Shown here in pieces: positions 8,586 through 16,792 of a stretch of 60,874 bases of DNA (positions within the stretch are counted from its first letter, which is position 1; each line of letters opens with the position of its first letter). The position numbers and the translations under genes are program-made. The notes under the pieces were generated by a model that made no database searches, was not told where the DNA came from, and saw only the letters and a list, made by a program, of their open reading frames with translations. This DNA comes from a virus, in UHGV virus genome UHGV-0342847. One strand, given 5' to 3'.

Positions 8586-8938
8586 TTTGCTTCCTTAGCC
8601 GCCTTGCGACGGCGATCCATCAGTACGATAAAACGATATGCTGGGAATTTTGGTGCGCCGTATTCCTGCACCACTTCACGCAGGTGCGCTTTCAGATCAC
8701 CAAAAGCGAATGTCTTCGGTGTGTCTTCGACGCCAGGCCAGTCTGTTTCTTCCAGCAACCAATCACGGGCAGCTTCACAATGCCCGCAAACCTTAAAGCT
8801 CTGACCGCGACCATCCCACACGCCGGATGTGTATTCGTAGACATCCAGCGGTTCGATGATCCCGTGGCACTCGCAGCATTTGTGCTCTTTGCGTGCCACG
8901 CGGTGCGTAACCGTCGAGCATGATGCAAATTCAGTCAT
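8582..8938 (-). CDS. hypothetical zinc-ribbon-like protein
   Basis: HKCCECHG...VCGHCEA cysteine pairs. Confidence 0.4.
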   Translation of the reverse strand: MTEFASCSTVTHRVARKEHKCCECHGIIEPLDVYEYTSGVWDGRGQSFKVCGHCEAARDWLLEETDWPGVEDTPKTFAFGDLKAHLREVVQEYGAPKFPAYRFIVLMDRRRKAAKEAK

Positions 8939-10208
8939 GACTGGCCTCCGCTATTGCTTTCATGATGCGATCGCCTATCCAGCGCATTACCGGTACTGCC
9001 ATGCTGTTTCCGATGGCTTTGTATCGGTGTCCGTTGGCCACTGGCTTACCCAGATATTCAATCAACGTGTGGCCATCAGGAAAACCCTGCAGGCGCTCGC
9101 ACTCTATTGGTGTCAGACGGCGAACGGAAAGCGGGTAAGTCACGGCCAGATCTGTAGCATCCTTGTAATCACGCGCCTTGCATGTCGATGCGGTTTCATC
9201 GTCTGCATATTCACCAAACGCGGTCATTCTGAATGCTCGCTGTTGGGAATAAGCCACAGCGCCTTCAAAACCACCGCCTTTCTCCCTTGCCTTTAAGGTC
9301 CCGAACAGTTCGTGTGCGGCGTTCTGTTCTTCGTCAAGACCAATACAAACCAAACCGCTGCCACGCTGGCTGAATAGCTCCTGATTGCTCTGGCCTATTC
9401 CTCCGATGTTGTGTGATTGGTTAAGGGTTGGGTGTGCGTTTGCTGGATTATCCCAGTAGCTACCGACTTTAACGCTACTTCCAGTAGTGGCGGAAGTGAC
9501 TTCCCGCGCTTCTCTGCACGGCGCAGTATCCCTTCGCACGCCTTCTGACTCAAAAAGAACTCTTGCGGGATTGAAGTCTCTTCTAGCACTTGCGACAACA
9601 AACACACGGCGGCGTCGTTGGGCCACTCCGAAATATTGGGCATCAAGTACCCGCCACGCGATTGTTCTTTTGCCTCGAAGCACACAACCAGCGTTTGCCC
9701 AGCGATTCCCTGGTGGCTGTAACTCACAGTCTTCGCCGGCAAGCAGTCCAAGGAAGGCTCCGAAAGCGTTATCTTTGCTGCTGAGCACTCCAGGTACGTT
9801 TTCCCAGACGATAATAGTTGGTGGAAGTCCTGCTGCTGCTCGGCGGTAGTCGATGGCATCCGCTAATTCTCCGTATGAAATTGTGAGTTGACCGCGTGGG
9901 TCGGAAAGGCCAGCGCGAGCGCCAGCAACAGAAAATGCCTGGCACGGCGTGCCGCCAACCAGAATGTCGGGGGCTTCCATTTCTCCTGCGCGCATTTTGG
10001 CTGCGAGTTTGGTCATGTCGCCCAGGTTCGGCACTTCCGGCCAGTGATGAGCGAGAACGGCAGACGGGAAGTCCGGGCCATTCTGGTATTTGTGTTCGGG
10101 ATCGAACTGGGAGAACCACGCAGGGCTAAAGCCAAGCACTTCCCACGCTACGCTTGCTGCTTCGATACCGCTGCACACAGAGCCGTAGCTGATAGTGTTT
10201 GTATTCAT
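8931..10208 (-). CDS. DNA (cytosine-5)-methyltransferase
   Basis: Motif I SVCSGIEAAS, motif IV GTPCQAFS, motif VI VWENVPGVL and motif VIII QRRRRVFVV. Confidence 0.85.
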   Translation of the reverse strand: MNTNTISYGSVCSGIEAASVAWEVLGFSPAWFSQFDPEHKYQNGPDFPSAVLAHHWPEVPNLGDMTKLAAKMRAGEMEAPDILVGGTPCQAFSVAGARAGLSDPRGQLTISYGELADAIDYRRAAAGLPPTIIVWENVPGVLSSKDNAFGAFLGLLAGEDCELQPPGNRWANAGCVLRGKRTIAWRVLDAQYFGVAQRRRRVFVVASARRDFNPARVLFESEGVRRDTAPCREAREVTSATTGSSVKVGSYWDNPANAHPTLNQSHNIGGIGQSNQELFSQRGSGLVCIGLDEEQNAAHELFGTLKAREKGGGFEGAVAYSQQRAFRMTAFGEYADDETASTCKARDYKDATDLAVTYPLSVRRLTPIECERLQGFPDGHTLIEYLGKPVANGHRYKAIGNSMAVPVMRWIGDRIMKAIAEASHD

Positions 10209-10564
10209 TTTGGCTCCTGTGTTTCTGAAATCGCAACACGCACGGCAACGTCGTTCAGCAGCTTTGTAAGGTGCTTAGTTAGGTTGTCGCAGTCGTGCAG
10301 TCTGCTGAATTTCGTCAGACTACCGCCAAGCGCGATAACAGCGTCAGCCGGGCTGTCCAGTTGGAAGGATTTACTGTAATCCTCGTACCACTGTTCGGCC
10401 TTGTAATCGTAATATTTCCCCATCAGATACCAGGAACCGAGGCGGAACTGCATTTCGTAGCTGAAGCCGTTGCCAATCTCACATTCCACGTCATCAACCG
10501 TGAACCAGTCGAGTGAATAGCGGAAGCGCTTAATCTTTACGGTTTTCGCGACCTGCTCTTTCAT
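10205..10564 (-). CDS. hypothetical protein between the two methyltransferase genes
   Basis: 119 aa, no motif recognised. Confidence 0.4.
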   Translation of the reverse strand: MKEQVAKTVKIKRFRYSLDWFTVDDVECEIGNGFSYEMQFRLGSWYLMGKYYDYKAEQWYEDYSKSFQLDSPADAVIALGGSLTKFSRLHDCDNLTKHLTKLLNDVAVRVAISETQEPK

Positions 10565-11697
10565 GCTCCCCCCTTCTTGTTGTCGTTGTCAGCTTTCTTG
10601 TGTGAGAAGGCGATGCGCGCCGATGCGATGGTGGCAAAGTCCGGGTTAAGGTCGATGCCGATGAAGCTAAAACCTTCCTCGATGGCTGCGCGGCCTGTGC
10701 TGCCACTTCCCATCCACGGATCCAGAACCGTACCGCCTGGCTGGGTGATGAGGCGGCAAAGGTATTTCATCAGTGCGATCGGCTTCACAGTCGGGTGATT
10801 GTTTTTCGCGCCGTTAGTGCGACCGGCACCAGCTCGAGGATCGTTCAGGCCTGCGCTACCCTCTTTGCGCCCGCCAGTCATTTCCGATGCGCTGGTGGGC
10901 ATGAACCGCTACAGACCTTCGTCACGCTCTTTCGGCTTGACCTTTGCGCAGTAGAAGAACCGCGCCGCGCTGCCTTTGTCGCCGTGATGCTTGGTACCGA
11001 CACGCTTGCGCAGGCCCAGAACCTGACCAGTTGACGCAGATGACGGTTCATCCCCTGTTACAGGCGCAGCGGCGCCGGCATTTTTAGGGAAGCAGGCGAT
11101 CACTTCATCGCTGCCGTCGTGAATTAGGTTAGCAGGCCATCGTCCATCAGGTGACTGCTCATAATCGCCTGTTGGCTGCGTTCCGTCGCGCTGGTGAGAT
11201 AGAAGTCCACCAGCGCCACCATTGAGCTTTTCGTCTGTTGGGATGCGGCAGGCTGCGATATTCAGTGCGCCTGTGCCGTGCTCTGCCATGTTTTCGGCAA
11301 CGGTTTTCTTGAAAGGCTTACGGGCCATTACGATCGGCTCGTGTGCTGGTTTCAGCGCCGTTCCCCATCCTTCCCAATCACCATCGAGGTTGTGAGACTT
11401 CGGGAATCCACTGCCATAAACCCAGAGGATTTGATCACGGATTTCAAAGCCAGCATCTTCGGCGTTGACAACCAGACGGTGATAGGTTCGGGAACCACCA
11501 AATGCCAGCAGATACCCGCCAGGCTTCAGCACGCGCAGACATTCCTGCCATTGCTCAATTGTCGGGACGTCGTAATCCCATTTTTGGTTCTGGAAGTTCA
11601 GTCCGTACGGTGGATCCGTGACAATGGCGTCAACGGAGTTATCCGGCAGCGTTTTGAGTACGTCTTCGCAGCGCCCTACATGCAATTGATAGCTCAC
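10561..11697 (-). pseudogene. beta-class N6-adenine/N4-cytosine DNA methyltransferase interrupted by a single in-frame TAG (10909-10911)
   Basis: The N-terminal part 10909-11697 carries motif IV IVTDPPYG. The C-terminal part 10561-10902 carries motif I VLDPWMGSGSTG and HPTVKP. Both parts are in the same frame, separated by ...EGL-TAG-RF-MPTS... Confidence 0.7.
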
Positions 11698-12017
11698 TGG
11701 GCATCCTCCGCAACATACAGCAGGGATGCGTCCAGCAGTTCTTCCAGCGGGAAAGCTTGCAGGCTACGGACAACGTGCTGCATGTGCTGCACGTATCGTT
11801 TTGCGCCGTGGGTGTTGATGACGTCCAGAACGGGAATAGGCTTGTTGCGCTGTGCGTACTGCTCCAGCAACCAGGCGTGAATGATACGGGCCTGCTCACT
11901 GATGCCAGCCGCACTACCGGCGACAGGAACAACGCTCTTCATGTGAGGAATGACTTTAACGCCGCCCTTCGCTCGTGGGGGTGACGGTTTAAAGGTGGAT
12001 AACTCAATTCCTTTCAT
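11694..12017 (-). CDS. hypothetical protein
   Basis: Start re-chosen at MKGIEL. The stop overlaps the methyltransferase start. Confidence 0.4.
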   Translation of the reverse strand: MKGIELSTFKPSPPRAKGGVKVIPHMKSVVPVAGSAAGISEQARIIHAWLLEQYAQRNKPIPVLDVINTHGAKRYVQHMQHVVRSLQAFPLEELLDASLLYVAEDAQ

Positions 12018-12212
12018 ACTGTACCTGCAATAAAAAACCGCTCTGGCTTCAGTGGTGACACTCCGCACGCGCAAAACGCGATTGGACACTGAAATCAAAG
12101 CGGTTAGGTCATTATCTTAGCTTAACAGCTTCAGGGTGTCACGCCTGATATGGCCGGTAAGCTATCGAATCGGTGTTACGATCCTGCTCTATCTGTTGCC
12201 AGTTTGACAACA

Positions 12213-12659
12213 CTAAATTTCTTCAAAAATCCAGCCACCACCATCTTTCTGCGTCCTGGGGAACGCGTAGCGGAAAACAAATGGATAGTGCTCAGCTGCA
12301 ATTTTCATTTTTGCACTGGCGTCGTCCTCGATGATGGCCTTTGCGCCCTTCACGTCGTACATCACCAGCAATCCGTCAGCGTGCATCACGTTAAAATCGA
12401 CGGTTAGCGTCGTGCGGTCAGCTAACTGCAGCTTTATCCCTTCGTGCTTCCACCAGAGCACCTCCCCGGTGATCTCCAGCGTGCGGAGGTAGTTAGCGAA
12501 TTTCTGCTCTGTGGCATTCATTTCGCCTTTCTTTTTGCGCCCCAGAGCATGCAGACGCTCTTTGCTGGTGGGCTTTGAGGATTTAGGGGCAGACTTCGCC
12601 GTTTTCTTCTGACGCTCGTTGTGACGCGCCAGATCCTCTTCAGTCCAGTTCAGGCTCAC
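12213..12659 (-). CDS. putative PD-(D/E)xK-fold nuclease (DUF1064-like)
   Basis: Lys-rich N-terminus, then a VDFNVMHADGLLVMYDVKGAK D...D-x-K pattern. Confidence 0.4.
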   Translation of the reverse strand: MSLNWTEEDLARHNERQKKTAKSAPKSSKPTSKERLHALGRKKKGEMNATEQKFANYLRTLEITGEVLWWKHEGIKLQLADRTTLTVDFNVMHADGLLVMYDVKGAKAIIEDDASAKMKIAAEHYPFVFRYAFPRTQKDGGGWIFEEI

Positions 12660-12976
12660 AGCCGTTCCTCTGCTTCGACCTTTTCAGGGCTGATGCCTGC
12701 GATAGCGCAGAATGCCTTTTTCTCTGCATAGGTGGGCTTGCGGATGAAATACACGGCAGATGCTTCGTCACCCTCGGACAGAATTAAACGCCAGTTAGCC
12801 CAGTGCGGCCACTCCACCAGCTCGGCATTTTTGGTTTCCTGCGTTTCGTCAACAGCCACCAGCCCGCGGGTAATGATCGGGTGTTCTAGCGGAACCTGAT
12901 GCAGATAACCCTTCGCTACTGCGTCCTCTAATGCCTGTTTTAACAGCTCATCAGAACGGCGTGTGTTCATGCTCAT
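12656..12976 (-). CDS. hypothetical protein
   Basis: 106-aa ORF coupled to its neighbours. Confidence 0.4.
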   Translation of the reverse strand: MSMNTRRSDELLKQALEDAVAKGYLHQVPLEHPIITRGLVAVDETQETKNAELVEWPHWANWRLILSEGDEASAVYFIRKPTYAEKKAFCAIAGISPEKVEAEERL

Positions 12977-13293
12977 ATATTTTCCTCGTTCAGCCCCAGC
13001 TCTTTCAGGGTGCGTTCGTATAATTCCAGCTCGGTGCCGAACTGGGCTTCAAATGCTCTTTTCGCCATGTGGATAGATGGCGTACGCGGGTGATCTGCGC
13101 CGCGGTGATGTGCTGGACAGAGTGCGATGCTCTTCTGGTGTTCTGCTCGCTGCCCGCGGCCAAGACCTTCACGCAGGTGATGGATTTCTGCTGGAGTGCC
13201 AGGCGTCCCCTGTACGAGGCAGGCGATACATCCGATCCCAGTAGCTGCTGCCATCCACGCGTTATCCGCTTTTGTGCGGTGCTTAGTTGCCAT
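12973..13293 (-). CDS. HNH-like nuclease (Ref-like)
   Basis: CIACLVQG...EIHHL...CPAHH; His/Cys motif reminiscent of P1 Ref/HNH proteins. Confidence 0.45.
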   Translation of the reverse strand: MATKHRTKADNAWMAAATGIGCIACLVQGTPGTPAEIHHLREGLGRGQRAEHQKSIALCPAHHRGADHPRTPSIHMAKRAFEAQFGTELELYERTLKELGLNEENI

Positions 13294-13296
13294 GGG

Positions 13297-13476
13297 TTAG
13301 CCCTTACCGATAACCGCGTTAATTTGATTGAGAACGATATCTGTCATCAGGCCTTTCCCGTTTACAGCGACGTGGGCCAGAATTTCACTGCGAGCGGCTT
13401 TGAGTGCTCCGACGCTCACCATCACCATTCTCTGATTCTCTTTATTTGCAGCTTTCAAGCGCTCTAAAGGTGTCAT
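13297..13476 (-). CDS. hypothetical small protein (59 aa)
   Basis: Open frame with ATG, below the track cutoff, in operon context. Confidence 0.3.
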   Translation of the reverse strand: MTPLERLKAANKENQRMVMVSVGALKAARSEILAHVAVNGKGLMTDIVLNQINAVIGKG

Positions 13477-13479
13477 GGG

Positions 13480-13698
13480 TTAGTCCTCCCTGTACGGATT
13501 TAATTTGTTGTGCAGTTTGTTAAATGGCCCCCATACGATGGAGCTATACCACTCAGCTATTTTTTCTGCCTGCTCTCCTGCTAGCCAGATGAGGACTATC
13601 GGTAATATTGGAATCATTAAAATAAGAAAGAGAAGGAAAAATAGAGCCTCTTTAACCCGGCTTTGGCGCGGGTAATTCTTCCGGAATATTTTTGTCAT
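13480..13698 (-). CDS. small single-pass membrane protein in an AT-rich patch (moron-like)
   Basis: ALFFLLFLILMIPILPIVLIWLAG TM helix. Local GC is clearly below its surroundings. Confidence 0.45.
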   Translation of the reverse strand: MTKIFRKNYPRQSRVKEALFFLLFLILMIPILPIVLIWLAGEQAEKIAEWYSSIVWGPFNKLHNKLNPYRED

Positions 13699-13699
13699 C

Positions 13700-14203
13700 T
13701 CACTCCCCCTTCACGCCAATGCCAGCGGCGGCAAGCACTTTGCTAACAAGAACCTTATAAGCATTCTGAGCACGTACAGCGTCAACGGAGCGCCATTTCT
13801 CCACATCTGGAAGTGTTACAGTGCGCGCTTCCATTTCCTCTGGTGCTACAGTCGCTGGTGCGTCGTCCCATTCACGAATAACTGCTGCAAGTTTCTCGGC
13901 GTCAGATGCGGAGATATCGCCATCAATAAACATCACTGGCTTACACTTATTCGCCTCCAGTTCTGCCATGCGACGACGGCGGTCAGCAATAACGCCTTCG
14001 TAATACTCACGTTGTTCTGCTACGCGCTTCTCTGTGGCTTCCAACTCATCCAGCAGCGCCAGCACAACCTCTGGGGTTATAGCATCATTGAATTCGTCGC
14101 GGTCATAACCCCAACTATCGGATGCTGCTCTCTCCGCCATTTCACGCAACGCCTGTTTGTTGAGTGCTGTCATTGTCATCATTTCGACCTCGTTACCAGG
14201 CAT
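13700..14203 (-). CDS. Ead/Ea22-like family protein
   Basis: Acidic coiled-coil protein with ALLDELEATEKRVAEQREYYE typical of lambdoid Ea22/Ead proteins. Confidence 0.5.
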   Translation of the reverse strand: MPGNEVEMMTMTALNKQALREMAERAASDSWGYDRDEFNDAITPEVVLALLDELEATEKRVAEQREYYEGVIADRRRRMAELEANKCKPVMFIDGDISASDAEKLAAVIREWDDAPATVAPEEMEARTVTLPDVEKWRSVDAVRAQNAYKVLVSKVLAAAGIGVKGE

Positions 14204-14216
14204 GTATTCTCACCAG

Positions 14217-14423
14217 TCACTTGAACAGCGAACTGTAAGCCCTTTGCCGGTATGTTTTATTGTAACTCTCACAGAGGCCTGACAGCTGCTCTCTGTCGTG
14301 TGGTGTGCTGATATCGCTGTATTCAACGACGTCGCCCACGTTCATCATCAGGAACGGGTGTTTCAGCTCTCTGCCTTCAGTTGGCTTTGCGCGATAGACC
14401 CACTTCCACGGGAATGTTTTCAC
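14217..14423 (-). CDS. hypothetical protein
   Basis: 68-aa ORF. Confidence 0.35.
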   Translation of the reverse strand: MKTFPWKWVYRAKPTEGRELKHPFLMMNVGDVVEYSDISTPHDREQLSGLCESYNKTYRQRAYSSLFK

Positions 14424-14432
14424 TTTTCCCCC

Positions 14433-14732
14433 TTACGCCTGGCCCCAGAGGAAAAAGCCCAGAATGATAAATCCGGCACCGGCCAGAAGAGCGAAAATGC
14501 CAGCCATCGCGAAGATGAAACGACACAGCATTTCATCAATACGATCCCATCCCATGTCCCACTCGTAGAAAATCACCAGCGGATTGTAGAATTTCAGGGA
14601 GAATGCGAACTCTTTACGCCACGCAGCCCAGCCAGGGACTTCATTCTCACGCAGTGGTGCTTTGCCCATCGGATAGATAACCATTCCGATAAGGCAAACG
14701 CCTGCGAGGATTGCCATTATTGCTTCACCCAT
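14433..14732 (-). CDS. two-TM membrane protein next to the immunity region (candidate exclusion/Kil-like)
   Basis: Hydrophobic N- and C-terminal helices. Second gene of the Cro-side operon. Confidence 0.4.
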   Translation of the reverse strand: MGEAIMAILAGVCLIGMVIYPMGKAPLRENEVPGWAAWRKEFAFSLKFYNPLVIFYEWDMGWDRIDEMLCRFIFAMAGIFALLAGAGFIILGFFLWGQA

Positions 14733-15045
14733 TACTCAGCTCCTTAAGAGCACTCTCTAATGCGGAACGCGCAGCTTCAACGCTCAGCGGTTTATCGGAT
14801 TTGATGCGCTGCTCGAAAGCGTGGAACTCTTCGCTATCAATGTCAGTTGGTACGCCCAGTACGTGCTGGAGGTAGACCAGACGGCGAACATGTTCGGGGA
14901 TCGGCGTCCGTCCAATTTCGTACGAACATCCTCGCGTCGTGCTGTACCCGATTGCGCCCCAGAACGCTTTCTGAGATAGCCCCTTTGCAATTCGAAGCTC
15001 CAGGAGCGCTGCGGGGCTAAGATTTTTGTCTTGCATATGATTCAC
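14725..15045 (-). CDS. Cro-like HTH regulator
   Basis: LELRIAKGLSQKAFWGAIGYS is an XRE HTH. It is divergent from the CI-like gene. Confidence 0.55.
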   Translation of the reverse strand: MNHMQDKNLSPAALLELRIAKGLSQKAFWGAIGYSTTRGCSYEIGRTPIPEHVRRLVYLQHVLGVPTDIDSEEFHAFEQRIKSDKPLSVEAARSALESALKELSNG

Positions 15046-15164
15046 CGTGTTGTTATTTCAGAAACATTATGTGCAAAAATAGGATGTGATTGCAAGAACA
15101 GGAGTTGCATTTTCACAACATCGATCATATCAGGAATCAAAAATCACGGAACAGGAGGTTCCAA
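15046..15164. promoter_or_regulatory. immunity region: divergent promoters/operators between the Cro-like and CI-like genes
   Basis: Repeated TTGCAA/TTGCAT/GTGCAA elements and TGTGA...TCACA. SD AGGAGG before the CI-like gene. Confidence 0.35.
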
Positions 15165-15755
15165 ATGTCTATTAACAAACGATATTTTCATGACCTGATG
15201 AAAGACCGCCGCTTATCACTCCGTGAAGTGGCTCGCAGAATGGAAGTGTGGCCCGCTGCATTATCCCGTTCCCTCGATGGAAAGCGGAAGATGCAGATCC
15301 CCGAAGCCGTTGCGCTGGCGCGCATTCTCACGGTCCCGCTTACAGAGGTAATGCTCAACGCCGGGATCGAACAAGTTAAAACCGTAGGCAGGCGTTGCAG
15401 CATTATAGGCCATGTTCATGAGGGTGCTGTTGTTGAACCAGTTCCAGCTGGTGTGATTGAGCGTGTTTCTATTCCTGATGGGCTGGATGACAACGTGGTG
15501 GCTGTGCAGGTACATACTTCAGAAACGCCAGCTGCTTATTCTGATGGATGGATAATATTTCTCGGGCCAGAGGTAGACCCGGCTGACTGCCTTGGCTGTT
15601 ATTCGCTGGTATACGTCGAAGATGACGGCTGGGTACTCGGTACTATTCGGCGTGGTTACTATCCCGGTACATGGAATGTCTTTCTCCCTATGCGGGACAA
15701 CAGAAAGAACGTGCGGATAATCTGGGCGCGCCGCGCAATTCTCACAATTCATTAA
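15165..15755 (+). CDS. CI-like phage repressor (N-terminal XRE HTH plus C-terminal domain)
   Basis: LSLREVARRMEVWPAALSRSLDGKRKMQIPEAVALARILTVPLTEV. The C-terminal roughly 110 aa could not be confirmed as an S24 peptidase. Confidence 0.6.
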   Translation: MSINKRYFHDLMKDRRLSLREVARRMEVWPAALSRSLDGKRKMQIPEAVALARILTVPLTEVMLNAGIEQVKTVGRRCSIIGHVHEGAVVEPVPAGVIERVSIPDGLDDNVVAVQVHTSETPAAYSDGWIIFLGPEVDPADCLGCYSLVYVEDDGWVLGTIRRGYYPGTWNVFLPMRDNRKNVRIIWARRAILTIH

Positions 15756-15763
15756 AAAACATG

Positions 15764-15830
15764 TTGCGCATTTGCACGCCATTATTCTATCATGCAACTA
15801 CAGGTTGAGAATATTTGGTGAACAATCACC
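15764..15830 (+). promoter_or_regulatory. PL-like promoter (TTGCGC-18-TATCAT) followed by hairpin GGTGA-acaa-TCACC (boxB-like?)
   Basis: Seen in sequence. It sits between the repressor and the first early-right gene. Confidence 0.3.
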
Positions 15831-15843
15831 AATAAGGGGATTT

Positions 15844-16320
15844 ATGTTTAAGGCATTATGGCGAGCAATTATCTCGCTGTTTGAATGCAGCAAAGAAGAG
15901 CGCTGGGAACGGCTTGACCGCCTGGCTGAGACAAACCCTCAGAAGTACCGGGCTGAAATTGCAACTCTCTCCATGAAAGAGCTTAACGCCTACATGGATT
16001 CAGAGCTTTACCCGCTTCCGTCCGGAGAAGCTGCACGCCAGAAGCGTGAAGAAGTTATGCAACACACCTATGTTGACCACGCATCACCAACTGGTGACAC
16101 AACAGCCGTGTCTGTAGTCCGTGTTGTTGATGAGGTCGTGGTTATCGATAAGGAATATCACTGGAAGCCTGGACAGGAGCACCTAGAGCCAGCAAAGCAG
16201 CCAGTCAGGAAGAAGAACCGTCCAGGCGTTTTTGACCGTCCAGCAATGAACAGGAGGGATCGCCGCAAGGCTGATGCCGCCGCTCGCCGCCAGCGTAATG
16301 CTGGTAAGGATGCAGTATGA
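15844..16320 (+). CDS. hypothetical early protein with C-terminal arginine-rich motif (N-like?)
   Basis: The C-terminal NRRDRRKADAAARRQRNAGK resembles the lambda N ARM (TRRRERRAEKQAQWK). Strong SD AAGGGGA. Confidence 0.4.
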   Translation: MFKALWRAIISLFECSKEERWERLDRLAETNPQKYRAEIATLSMKELNAYMDSELYPLPSGEAARQKREEVMQHTYVDHASPTGDTTAVSVVRVVDEVVVIDKEYHWKPGQEHLEPAKQPVRKKNRPGVFDRPAMNRRDRRKADAAARRQRNAGKDAV

Positions 16321-16784
16321 GAACTGACACCTGGAAACCTGAAGAGGTTAAGTTTCTGCTGGATAACAACGGTTCTATGCCCGTCACTGAAATGTCGCGC
16401 CAACTGAAACGCAGCTCAGCAGCAATCAGGACAAAACTGTGTCGTATCGGCGGTAGAGTGAAGCCCTTTGCTAAGTGGTCACGCGCTGAAACTCTCTTTC
16501 TTGAGAGCAATGCAGATCGCATGATGGCTAAAAATATCGCTGCTCATCTGGGGCGAACCACCAGCTCAGTTCTTGGTAAGGCATCGCATCTGGGAATACG
16601 TTTTACGTCAAACAGAAAAATACATAGCGATGAAGATGTAAGGCTCTGCATTGCTCTGCACGCTGATGGTATGAGCATACCCCTGATCGCTGAGAAAATG
16701 GAAATGTCTATCCACACGGTGAAGAGCTTCATCTATCGCTCACACCGCGGTTATCGTGAACTAAAACAGTCCCGTCAGGGATAA
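16317..16784 (+). CDS. DNA-binding protein with three HTH-like repeats (putative regulator)
   Basis: Repeated ...LDNNGSMPVTEMSRQL..., ...MMAKNIAAHLGRTTSSV... and ...MSIPLIAEKMEMSIHTVK... segments. Confidence 0.4.
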   Translation: MRTDTWKPEEVKFLLDNNGSMPVTEMSRQLKRSSAAIRTKLCRIGGRVKPFAKWSRAETLFLESNADRMMAKNIAAHLGRTTSSVLGKASHLGIRFTSNRKIHSDEDVRLCIALHADGMSIPLIAEKMEMSIHTVKSFIYRSHRGYRELKQSRQG

Positions 16785-16792
16785 GGAAAGGT

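Noticed and set aside
15165-15755. LexA-like S24 autopeptidase domain in the CI-like repressor
   Set aside because: I could not identify the Ser/Lys dyad context (for example GDSM) or the Ala-Gly cleavage site, so RecA-dependent cleavage is left unasserted.
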